A stretch of DNA of 64,000 nucleotides, from NCBI GenBank assembly GCA_000002435.2, contig CM018793.1, one strand, 5' to 3'. This DNA is from Giardia intestinalis (Eukaryota). Positions 29,371 to 39,384 of this stretch are shown here, piece by piece; within the stretch, counting starts at the first letter, position 1; every line of letters starts with the position of its first letter. The notes under the pieces are model-generated. The model saw nothing but the letters and a program-made list of their open reading frames with translations, did no database searches and was not told where the DNA came from. The translations under genes and the position numbers were made by a program.

Positions 29371-31830
29371 CTACTCGTTGTCCTCGTAACCCTGAGGACT
29401 ATGAGGCGGATTGTAGGTCTGGCACTCGTTGTAAATGTCGGCCATGTCCTGTCTGCGACTCTGCTCCTTATCAACCTTTCCTGTCCTGGTACGATGCTTC
29501 TTGCGTGCTTCACGCTCAGTGTTGTCCAGATCCCCACTGATACGACGGTACAAGAGAATATATGCCAACGGGGTGATAACTCTGACTTTTGGCACAGGGA
29601 TAACACGCTCATCATTGGCTTCCCACCACTCTCCGGTCTCTTTAGAAAGAATATAAGCAAAATAATGACCGTAGTTTGTGCTTCCATAATGACAAATGAC
29701 GGCTGTGAGCATGTACTTTTTCGGATCCGTGTCAGATTGATCTTCTATGTATGGACTGATGTCCAAGACATGAGGGTAACACACGTTATCCTCCTTCTTG
29801 ACGAGATAGAACCTCCCGCAATTATCAAAAACTTGATCGAAGCGCTTCAAATGGATGATAAGATAGGGAGGCGCCTTGTAGAGCGTGCTACTATTCTTTC
29901 CACTCGGGTTTTGATGGTTCTCTTTGCCGCACCTCCAGCCTTCAATAATGCTTGACTTCGCATACTCTTTAAAGCAATCATCTAAGGACCAAAACTGCTT
30001 CGTCTTATAAGTCTGTGTGTGGCATTTCTGCATGAAAAGGCCTATGGCTGGCTTAAATAGCTCTTGAAAACACACGGTATTGCTAGCTCCTTTGGTATCA
30101 TTTAATATGCTGTCTATAAGCTCTAGCTTACTACTCTTTAGAATGTATCTAATTGTGCTCTTCGCCAAAGGATCACTGGAGTTCTCAGGCTCGAGGTATG
30201 GATTGATGGTATAGCTTTCAGAAGAAAGTAAAGTGCTAAGCAAAGAACGTGGGAGGTCAGTGTATGTGTTTCTGAGGTATAGGTCGTACTGGAACAGCAG
30301 TAGTCTGAGCCCAACCTTGACTATGTCATTTATACCAGTCAGTGCAGGGCTCTTTGTTAACTGGGAATCATCACAGGGATTGAAGTAGGAGAACGCTAAG
30401 GTACTGGTGCAGAACTCTAAGGGCGTAGCAGTCTGTTGTGGATCGGGACAGCTACTACGGGATTGACAAGAACCAGAGTCACCAAGATTGACAGGGTCGA
30501 TGCATAGAGATATGGCCACCTTTAAAAGTTGGGGTGTAGGGCGTGATAATGATGAGATGTTAGTAAGGTACTTGTGCTGCTTGTGATTATCGTAGGAGCA
30601 GGGGGAGGCATGCAGCATTGTTATGATAATTAGATGATCTGCCCCCAACTCACCGGAAAACTCGGATACTCTCCTAGACACCTTCTCTATTTCCTCATTC
30701 CCAAATGTTATTGGTTCATAGGTTAAACTAGAGAGGTGCATGTCGTCCTTGGCAGTGGGATCAGCGGCATCAGTAACGCGGCCTACATTATCTTGTAAGC
30801 TGTTCTCCTCCTCCCCTGAGTCTGAGCAAAGAGAAAGCTCGACCTGAGAGTGCGCAGATCTAATGTACTCTTCATCGTTACGGTAGTGATAGCTTAAAAT
30901 TGTTCGGACAATAACATCTAGGTCAGTAAGATCGAACTCGTGGCTGTAGGCAGTTATAAGGAAATCATCGAAAAGGTTCTGCTTTCGAGAGAAAGAAATA
31001 AGACTGTTATAAATCATTTCGCGATATATGTCCTCCAATTCGCGGTGAATACAGTCAATGTGAAGACACTTAGTTGGGATGTAAAATCGGAATTCATGAA
31101 TGCTTTTACATTTATCCTGAACATAGACCACAATGTGTGTCAGTGAAGTGGAACTATCATATGCTATTTTGTTATCAGCGGAAGCTGGGGAAACTAGACC
31201 TGAGTCGGGAGCAGACGGCAGTGGTAGAGATAGTCCAATCCCGTGTTGAAATCCAATACTGGTGTATCCACAATGAGTGCACACAGTACGAGATATCTCT
31301 GTTGTTTCTATACACTGCTCGAACGGCGAATCAAGCCCAACAAGCTTCGCAGAGCGAGACTTTTCATACGCGTCTTTGAGATCCTCGTTGCCATCTGGGT
31401 CATAATAGTTGCACTTCTTATTGTGGTTCTTGTTTGTGCCCCTGATCACGGCATCCAGCACCAGGGTCAGAACCTCGTGGGCATCCCCCTGAATGCCGTG
31501 GCGAATACCATCATACTTAGTCTCCATAAGTGAAAAGAGACTCTGTGGGCTAATTCCCAAGCAAACCGACCGTTCTTTTCTCATACGACGCACAACGTCT
31601 TCAAACTGCGCAATTACCTGGTTATAAAAATACATGTCCTCGTCTGTCTCAGAATTTGGAGGAATGCTCTCCTGGAGGCAAATCGGATACGAAATCGGTC
31701 TAATGGCGTTAAGGAACTGAAGAGCAGAATTGAAAAAGCATGTGTTTCCCGTATTCACAAGGCCGGAAACAGGCTTCTTCTTAAGAGAGTTGCCAGACGA
31801 GGTCAGTCTGGAACCCCAACTGCCGTTCAT
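29371..31830 (-). CDS. Ubiquitin carboxyl-terminal hydrolase (USP / peptidase C19 family)
   Basis: Cys box GLVNTGNTCFFNSALQFL near the N-terminus and His box YMLTAVICHYGSTNYGHYFAYI near the C-terminus. The track start at 31833 is a TTG; ATG at 31828-31830. Confidence 0.8.
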   Translation of the reverse strand: MNGSWGSRLTSSGNSLKKKPVSGLVNTGNTCFFNSALQFLNAIRPISYPICLQESIPPNSETDEDMYFYNQVIAQFEDVVRRMRKERSVCLGISPQSLFSLMETKYDGIRHGIQGDAHEVLTLVLDAVIRGTNKNHNKKCNYYDPDGNEDLKDAYEKSRSAKLVGLDSPFEQCIETTEISRTVCTHCGYTSIGFQHGIGLSLPLPSAPDSGLVSPASADNKIAYDSSTSLTHIVVYVQDKCKSIHEFRFYIPTKCLHIDCIHRELEDIYREMIYNSLISFSRKQNLFDDFLITAYSHEFDLTDLDVIVRTILSYHYRNDEEYIRSAHSQVELSLCSDSGEEENSLQDNVGRVTDAADPTAKDDMHLSSLTYEPITFGNEEIEKVSRRVSEFSGELGADHLIIITMLHASPCSYDNHKQHKYLTNISSLSRPTPQLLKVAISLCIDPVNLGDSGSCQSRSSCPDPQQTATPLEFCTSTLAFSYFNPCDDSQLTKSPALTGINDIVKVGLRLLLFQYDLYLRNTYTDLPRSLLSTLLSSESYTINPYLEPENSSDPLAKSTIRYILKSSKLELIDSILNDTKGASNTVCFQELFKPAIGLFMQKCHTQTYKTKQFWSLDDCFKEYAKSSIIEGWRCGKENHQNPSGKNSSTLYKAPPYLIIHLKRFDQVFDNCGRFYLVKKEDNVCYPHVLDISPYIEDQSDTDPKKYMLTAVICHYGSTNYGHYFAYILSKETGEWWEANDERVIPVPKVRVITPLAYILLYRRISGDLDNTEREARKKHRTRTGKVDKEQSRRQDMADIYNECQTYNPPHSPQGYEDNE

Positions 31831-31870
31831 CAAAAACCCTAAATTTTATTTCAATTTACTTTCTTTCAAT

Positions 31871-33658
31871 CTACTTTCCACCGTGACCTTGGAACATTCT
31901 CATCCCCTGTCCGGCGATTGCTCCGCCCATGCCTGCATCAGCAAGTCGCTGCTTCATATCAGCTGTTTGGCCACGGCCGGCATTGACGTCTTGGACGCTG
32001 GATTTTAGAACGATGGTTTGATCGATCCCCAGGATAGTTCTTGCTGCCTCAAAGGAAGCCTGGAGGGCATTGATGCGGATTAGAGATGGCTCCCAGACCA
32101 TTGCAGACATACAGTCTATCGTCTTCATATCATTATTGATATCCACCCCGTGCCAACAGACTGATCCCTGCTTGATGGCCTGGGAATGCAGTGACCTAAG
32201 TTGCGCCAAAATGCATGTAGAATCAAACCCAGCATTTTCACAGAGTGAGTACGGAATAATCTCCAGAGCCTTTGCGATTGCTTCAAAGATCAGCTGATTC
32301 TTGCCAGAGATTGTCTTGGCATGCCTGTAGAGCATAGCAGACAAGTACATCTCTATGGAGCCACCTCCTGCGATGAATCTAGGATGTCTGATAGCACGCC
32401 TGACAACACAGATGGCGTCATGAAGTGAACGCTCGGATTCTTGAATGAACTGATCTGCGCCACCACGCAGGATGAAGGTACAGGTATTGACATGCTCAAA
32501 GTTTGTAAAGTAGTTGAAGCGCTCCACACCCATCTGCTTTTCTTCAAAGAGACCACACCTCTTACCTAAAACAGAATCTGTCAGGTCAGAAACAGCAGAA
32601 ATAATGCGAGCACCACTACAGGCACTGATACGCTTCATGTCCTCGTCGAGTACACGGCCTGCGCAGAATACCCTGTGGTCTGCAAAGTACTGCGTCGCCA
32701 AGTCTCCAATGGACTTGTTTGAAAGAACAACCGTGGCACCTGCAGCGACAATCTTCTCCAGCTTTCCAAGAATAATCTTATACTCTGCGCTGACAATATC
32801 CTTGAACTTCTCTGGATCCGTTAGTCGTATCTCTGCGTTGTCTTTTTCTGCTTGCCACTCTAGTTCAAAGTTGAGGCAGCAAATGACAGGGTTTGCAATG
32901 CGCTTAGGTAGCTGCTCGTGTCCCGCATAGGTGAATGTCTTCTTAAACGCCACACCATGCACAAGTTGCGAATCCTGAAGAGCCCCTCCAAGCACTTTCT
33001 TCACCCCAATCAAGGTGTTCGCGTCAAGAATTTGCTTGCTAGATGTCTGGTCCTGTGCATCGTCAATAAGACTCATGACTGCATCCACAGTCATCTTGGA
33101 GAACTGCTCTTTGCATGGTGCAATCAACTTGCTATTCATTGCGGTGGCGGCCAAGGTTTCGAGCTTTTGGCGGAGCTCGTCGTTGAATCCAGTATTTCCA
33201 GGAACATACTCCGGCATATTGACCTCTATTTCTTTTATCTTTGCAATGCACATAGACAAGGCCTCCGACAGAACTCTGATGATAAGCCTGGGATGAACGT
33301 TAACTTCTATCAGCGGCATGCAGGACTTAAGAATACTGCCTGCTAAAACAACCACAGAGGTGGTCCCGTCACCTATCTCGCTGTCCTGCGACTTAGCGAT
33401 ATCGACAAGGCAACGGGCGGCAGGATGAACAATGTCTAAAAGCGTTATTATGGTCGCGCCATCATTAGAGACTGTAGGCTTGCCCTTAGAGACAATTAGC
33501 TTGTCCATGCCCCTAGGCCCCAACGTTGTCTGAAGCACGTCACTGATAGCCACACATGCTCGGATATTGGTCAGAAGCTGGCCCTTCCCTTGTGACGTAT
33601 CCGTGCTATCTTTGAGAAGCAAAATAGTGGGACGCAGACCGAACTTAGGCTGAGCCAT
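31871..33658 (-). CDS. CCT7: T-complex protein 1 (CCT/TRiC chaperonin) subunit eta
   Basis: LGPRGMDKLIV, DIAKSQDSEIGDGTTSVVVLAG (compare CCT-eta DIAKSQDAEVGDGTTSV) and VHPAA. 595 aa. Confidence 0.8.
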   Translation of the reverse strand: MAQPKFGLRPTILLLKDSTDTSQGKGQLLTNIRACVAISDVLQTTLGPRGMDKLIVSKGKPTVSNDGATIITLLDIVHPAARCLVDIAKSQDSEIGDGTTSVVVLAGSILKSCMPLIEVNVHPRLIIRVLSEALSMCIAKIKEIEVNMPEYVPGNTGFNDELRQKLETLAATAMNSKLIAPCKEQFSKMTVDAVMSLIDDAQDQTSSKQILDANTLIGVKKVLGGALQDSQLVHGVAFKKTFTYAGHEQLPKRIANPVICCLNFELEWQAEKDNAEIRLTDPEKFKDIVSAEYKIILGKLEKIVAAGATVVLSNKSIGDLATQYFADHRVFCAGRVLDEDMKRISACSGARIISAVSDLTDSVLGKRCGLFEEKQMGVERFNYFTNFEHVNTCTFILRGGADQFIQESERSLHDAICVVRRAIRHPRFIAGGGSIEMYLSAMLYRHAKTISGKNQLIFEAIAKALEIIPYSLCENAGFDSTCILAQLRSLHSQAIKQGSVCWHGVDINNDMKTIDCMSAMVWEPSLIRINALQASFEAARTILGIDQTIVLKSSVQDVNAGRGQTADMKQRLADAGMGGAIAGQGMRMFQGHGGK

Positions 33659-33684
33659 GAGGGTGATATTTAAATTTCATTTTA

Positions 33685-34665
33685 ATGAACCCCTCAATTA
33701 AGATCCTTTCGAAGACGGACCTCAAACTAGAACTAGAGATCAGTGGTGTCGACATCTCATACGTCAACGGGCTTCGTAGAGCCATATATGCCGATGTGCC
33801 CACCCTTGCTATCGATATTGTTAAGTTTTTAGACAACAGTACAACCCTCACGGAAGAATTCATAGCGCACCGCTTGGGGCTCATTCCGTTGAGAACGGCA
33901 GGTTCTCTCAGTGCAATTTCCTATTGGTACACTTGCGACGAGGAGCACTCAACAGAGATCGAATGCCGCGAGTGCACATTCAAAGGAACTCTGAACATTT
34001 CTAATGACAGTACTAAAATACGGGTAGTCACGGATAAGGATATAAAGTTCGATCACGGGGGTATCAGTACTCTCAGCAACTATCTAGAGTCGTCTTTTGG
34101 AGCAGCAGAGACGCCGAGCATCCCCATTCTGAAGCTAGCACCTGGCGAATCCATCAATGCCCTTCTCTATGCACGCAAGGATAGGGGGAAGATTCATGCC
34201 AAATGGTGCCCTGCAGCCTGTGTGGTCCTCCGACCTCTGGCCAGGATCATTCTGTGCGATGAATTTGAAAGGCTCCCACAGCAACACAACGACGTTGCAA
34301 GAACATACATTAGTGAGACGTGCCCCAGGAATGTCTTTACTATTGAAAACCGTCGAGTGGTTGTCAAGGATTCCAATAGCTGCATCTTTTGTAATGATTG
34401 CTTCAATATTCCGATTTCCCTGGGCGAACAGGGCGATAATGCCAATACAATCTGGCATCCAGCGTTGGTTACTCAGCAGCCAAACGCATTCTACTTTAGT
34501 ATAGAATCTAATGGCAGTATATCAGCCTATGATATCTTCCTGATGGCGTGTGATGAAATCAGTGCACGTGCAGATGAGATCCTTGCTGCGGCGACGAGTG
34601 TCTTCCAGGTTTCTGCAAAGGCCGACAACGTGATTATGTCCATTGAAGATGACTCATTAACATAA
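33685..34665 (+). CDS. DNA-directed RNA polymerase subunit of the Rpb3/AC40 (RpoA/RpoD) family
   Basis: N-terminal dimerisation-domain signature (NGLRRAIYADVPTLAIDIV...HRLGLIPL), a Cys-containing loop and HAKWCP motif. 326 aa. Confidence 0.65.
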   Translation: MNPSIKILSKTDLKLELEISGVDISYVNGLRRAIYADVPTLAIDIVKFLDNSTTLTEEFIAHRLGLIPLRTAGSLSAISYWYTCDEEHSTEIECRECTFKGTLNISNDSTKIRVVTDKDIKFDHGGISTLSNYLESSFGAAETPSIPILKLAPGESINALLYARKDRGKIHAKWCPAACVVLRPLARIILCDEFERLPQQHNDVARTYISETCPRNVFTIENRRVVVKDSNSCIFCNDCFNIPISLGEQGDNANTIWHPALVTQQPNAFYFSIESNGSISAYDIFLMACDEISARADEILAAATSVFQVSAKADNVIMSIEDDSLT

Positions 34666-37600
34666 ATGTCTAGGTATATACGGTGAACAATATGGCGAAT
34701 GTTAATGGTATTTATTCTTTCCCCTGTTTCATTTAAAAAGGATATGTCAATGTGTGAGATTGCAGAATAATGTTATTGTACACAAACAACATTTTATCGG
34801 GTGGAGGTACTAAGCATAGATCGGATCATCATTAGACTGTTCAAGTAAACTACCCGGCTGAGTCGTCCCTCAAAGTGGCCTTTCATTGAATCTTAGCCCA
34901 CCATTCGGCTCTGGTGAGGAAGAGAACCTCTTAATTTACTCTCTGCTTCACCGAGGCGGCCGCCCGCTGCTGCCCGAGCATCTCCGTGAGGATCGCCGCT
35001 CCTCGCGATGCCTCTAGGGTTCCTTCCTTCCTCTGGCTAGCTTGGGGCAACCATCGTCTGGCACCTGGGTGACCACACACTATCTCAGGGCCTGCTGTCG
35101 ATCACGGCGATCTGGCTTCCACGTGGCCCTGGTGCTAGTTCTCCGTGACGAGAATCGCACGCCATGAGCCTCGGGTGTCCACCCCGTTCCTCGGGGTGCC
35201 TCTTCATCTCCCCATGACGTGAATCATCGACCCTGCTGTCGGAGGTGCGCTCCACGTACGCCTCCATCTTGGAGTCATAGTACGCATTCGTGGATGCCGA
35301 CGGAGTACTCCCATGCGTTGTGTCGGGGGAGAAGTATGGCCCTCCTGCTCATGGATCGCAGTGCACTCTTGCAGGCGGTCCGTCACCCAGCACGAGACCG
35401 TGTCGACGCCCATCCTGTGCAGTGCATCTGGCTCAGTGACGTGTGGGCTGGTCCATCTGCACAGCACACCTGGGGTGATGCTTCGGTCTGTCGAGGCGTC
35501 GGTCCAGGACCACCTCTCTGAGAGGCGTCGTCTGAGGCACCAAGAGCGATTAGGACCGGTTCACCGAAGTCGGCTTGCTCGGTAGCCGGCACCCGCCTAC
35601 TCGGGGGTGTCAGGCACTGCCAACTGCTGTGGCAGACCCCTGGCAGGTGGCCCGGGCCACCACTCTTCGGTGCAGGCAGGATCAGCCCGCCTCTGTCAGC
35701 CAAGCACCCCAGGGGCCGACTTGCCTGTCGAGGGATTCACATGGGCCGCGTGTGGGTCCATCCCGGCCAGCACGGCGAGTGATTAGTGCCATCACTGACT
35801 TCAGGCTCTCTGCCGCCTTGGGGGCTCCTTGAGACCGGCCAGGAAGGAGGCCCCCTGCCCCTCCGTGCTCCTGCACCCGGTGGTGACCGTCGAGCCATGT
35901 TGCTTCGCCGGGCCTGTCGCTTCTGTGACTGCCCCGTCGCGTCGCTGTCGTCGGCACGGGCAGTGAGCGGGGCATCTCCTTCAGCTCCTGGTGAGCAGGT
36001 TCTGTCCCCCGCAGCACAGAAGCATGCGCAGGGCCCCGAGGGATCGAGCCCAGGGGTGCAGCGCGTCGCAGCCGGAGGAAGGCCCCGACGCAGCTCCTCG
36101 GGACGGGGCATACTCGCCTGGCAGAGGCCGTCTACTGTTGGAATGTTCGCTATGTCGAGCAAGACCGCTGTGTTCCATCAGTCTGCGCCTCTCTGCGCCA
36201 TGCAAATGCCGCCCATGTGCAGTCGGTGGAACGCAGTCTGCTCGGTCTCAAGGAAGACCAGTGTCTGGGTCTCCAGGGGACTCGGAACTGCCTTGTGGAG
36301 CGCATCATGATAATCCACCGATTGCACTTGCCCTGCCTCGTCCTTGGGAAGAGGGAAGAACAAGAGTTTTTCTCCCGTCGAAGTCGCTTGACACTCACCT
36401 TCGAACTCTGGATCTGGATCTCGGTTGGTGAACGAGCGAGGGACTTGCCCAGGGAGGCGGTGGCTCGCATGAGAGACCACTCAGATAGCAGGCGACAGCC
36501 CCACCCCGGCTAAAAAACTTGAGGCAGCCGTTGCACCCGCCGCCCTCAGGACAGAGTTTCTGCATGCATGGCTAGCTGCCCTTGCCAGTTCGGTCTACTG
36601 GTCCGGTAGTCTGAGGACCCTCTGCCCCGCTCTCTGGCGTACGATGCATCGCAACTGCTCATACGGGTAAGCAGCGTGAAAGAGGAATTGCATGTGCAGA
36701 CAGCGTGTTGTGCTCGTCTCAGAGGCCCAGGGCTTCTAAAGGCGAATTGCTGTGCTGAGCCACACGCCTCATTGCCTTGCGCCGGTGACTGCCTCCACCA
36801 CCGTCTTCGTTGCACTTGGGCTGTGCCTGCCCAGCAGACTGAGCAGAGATTACAGAAGCTTCTCTAATAATGCACACACGCCGCATAAGGTCTGATGGTA
36901 GAATGGACACCGCCTGTTTGAGCTATCTGTTATCAGTGAAGAATAGCACCAGAGATGCTTCTGTGTAAGCATGGGGTCTTCGCACCTGTCCCCTATCAGC
37001 TATAGCGACAGCTATATATCCAGAAAGGTCCTGCAGAGCGCTCCACCGTCTTTCAAGGTGAGACATGAGCTCCACACCTATGGCTAAAACAGAACTCTGT
37101 ACACCAACTGTTGTAAGCCTCATGTGATAACTGGTCTGTATCATAGTCAACTTACTAAGCATCTATACACTTGTTTGGATGCCCGTTGCTGGTTTTAGAC
37201 GGACCTGCGAAGAGGCTTGCCTTTGTCCGCATTGACCTAGTGGTATCTAGTCTTGGTGACAGGCTTCAAGGAAGGAGGATGTTATTTGGGTACATAGAAG
37301 GCTACTCGTGTACAAAGATCCTCGAGAAGCAAATTTAGACAAAGAAGATGGAGAAAGCCAGGGAGCCCACTCTGTAATAGGATGACTAGGTATAGACCCA
37401 TATTGCAATAAGGACACACGTGAGTCCCTCTGGCTTCTAGCCGTGGAAAATCGTGGAGTCTGCGGACGACTTGGAGGCTGATTTGATTTTGTGCATTTGT
37501 AGCGAGGCAGAGGCTTCTGGATACTCAACTGTTCCGAAGTCGAGGGAGCTCGTTTCCTCTCCATACGTAGCGCAAGACCCTATTGTAGAGGTATACGGTG

Positions 37601-39384
37601 CACACCAATATCAGTCAGCGTGTTTGCTACTCAGCAGTTCCTCAGTTGCGTCTTTCCGCAGTAGACGAGCCACCGGATGATGCTCCCACAATCCACACGA
37701 TTAGCTTTATAGTGCTCTGTAGATGGCCATCCACCCTTACCAGAGGACGACTACACGCATTACGCAGTTTGAGGTACTTGCCAATCGAGGTGGCATAGTC
37801 AGCTCTTGCCCGCTCAAGCTAGACCTCAACCACCTTGCCAACTACATTCCAAGTCACGGTGTTTATAGATGTCCACCTCAAGTCTGCAAGGTGCATCCCA
37901 CGACTGCACAGCGCGGATAGAAATCCTTGCCTGTTATAAGAGGCGCCAACCAGTTTACTGCATCTGGATATCCCTTGTGCGCCCAACAGAGACTTAATGG
38001 ATCACATTGCTGTGCACACCAGCCTCTCTGCTCGCGAGCTGCTTTAGGGCTCTCTCATTGTCTCGCCTCCACATGGTTGTCAGACTACCAAGCACTTTGT
38101 AACGTCAGCTGATCACCCGAGATATCAAGCTTTCGTACAGCGGGTTGCTCAATGTGACACGAAATCTAGAGGGCACTGACGTTCCTAGCTTGCTGTCCAT
38201 ATAGCACTATCATCAATCTTCAGTCCAGTTGACCAGCACACAGTCCGTTCTCTGGCCAGCCAACCGGGCCTAGTCTTGCTGGTAGACTTTCGAGCATAAG
38301 AGTATCCCCTGACAGCGGTGGCCACGCTGTGTACATTGCCCGGATGATCACTCTTGGCAATGGCTCCAGGACCTGGGCACCCCAGACCAGAGGGACGACA
38401 ACGGCCCAGTTCGTCTACGGCTCCACTATCCCTTAGTTAGCATGGAGTGTGGCAGCCCAGATAGCGCTGGCCGTCCGGTATCACCTTTTCTCCGGTGCGC
38501 GGGGGTAGCCCTCGTGTGAGAGGCGCTGTGATATGTTGGCTGGAGCCGGTCAGGCGAGCGGGACCACCGCTCTAGAAGTGCTGGCACATCATTGCGTGTC
38601 CGAAGGCATGCCCACCTCAGTGGGACCATCCCAGATGAGGACGGACGGGCACCGGTTCCTAGATGGGCCTGCGACCGGCGAGGGACAGTCTTTAAAGACG
38701 ATCGGCCGGCAGAGCCCTTCAGTGGCATAGGAGTCGACAGGGGGCAGGCTTATCGACGGTCTGCGGTGCAACCAGGTTAAGTCGTATGACAGACGGACAT
38801 CCATCCGTTCGCGGTGGGCATGTTGCGTGTCCCTAAGCAGAGGGGGCAGTCGTAGTGAGTCGCGATAGAACACGCAGCCATCCTCCACGGGGCATCGCTC
38901 CTGCCGGGCCTCAATGTAGGACCTCGACGAGCAGTGTCTGAGGCATCTGCTTGTGATGACCCGTGGCTCGGGCTGCTGGACATCGCACGGCCGGCTCCAT
39001 CGGGTCGCTGGTCAGGCATCCAGGAGAACCTAGGAGTTCCTTGGCAGACCTTGTGACTGGCACAGCAGGAGAGCTGGTCGCCAGGAGACCATCACATCAC
39101 AGTGAAGAGCTAGACAGGCCACCGTGTAGCAGTTATCATGTGATGCGCCTTGCAATGTAAAGGAGGAGATCTGCACTGATCGATCCATCTTCATGGCCGG
39201 CTAGTTACATGGGACCCGGGGATGGCAGGCCATGAGACTGGAATCAGCACGCTCCCACCTCTCAACGCAGACCCATGTGGAGGCCCTCCCTGCCAGTGTG
39301 TTATGCAGCACAGGCAGATGCCACGAAAGGACGGACTGACGAGCGAAGTTGCTATATCCCTGTGTAACAGAGCGTCGAGCCACA

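Noticed and set aside
29356-29955. 199-aa plus-strand ORF antisense to the USP gene 3' region
   Set aside because: Lies entirely within the well-supported USP CDS on the other strand. Hydrophobic nonsense translation.
35786-36431. 174-aa and 146-aa plus-strand ORFs (and mirrored copies at 48679-49324)
   Set aside because: Overlapping ORFs on both strands with Arg/Pro/Gly/Ala-rich translations, typical of GC-rich non-coding DNA.
35000-39300. Possibility that the GC-rich arm segment is rDNA or an intact GilM/GilT non-LTR retrotransposon
   Set aside because: No universal SSU/LSU rRNA motifs found on either strand, and GC is about 60% rather than the ~75% of Giardia rDNA. No ORF over 175 aa, and no RT (YxDD) or endonuclease motifs in any frame. 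Left as unclassified repeat.
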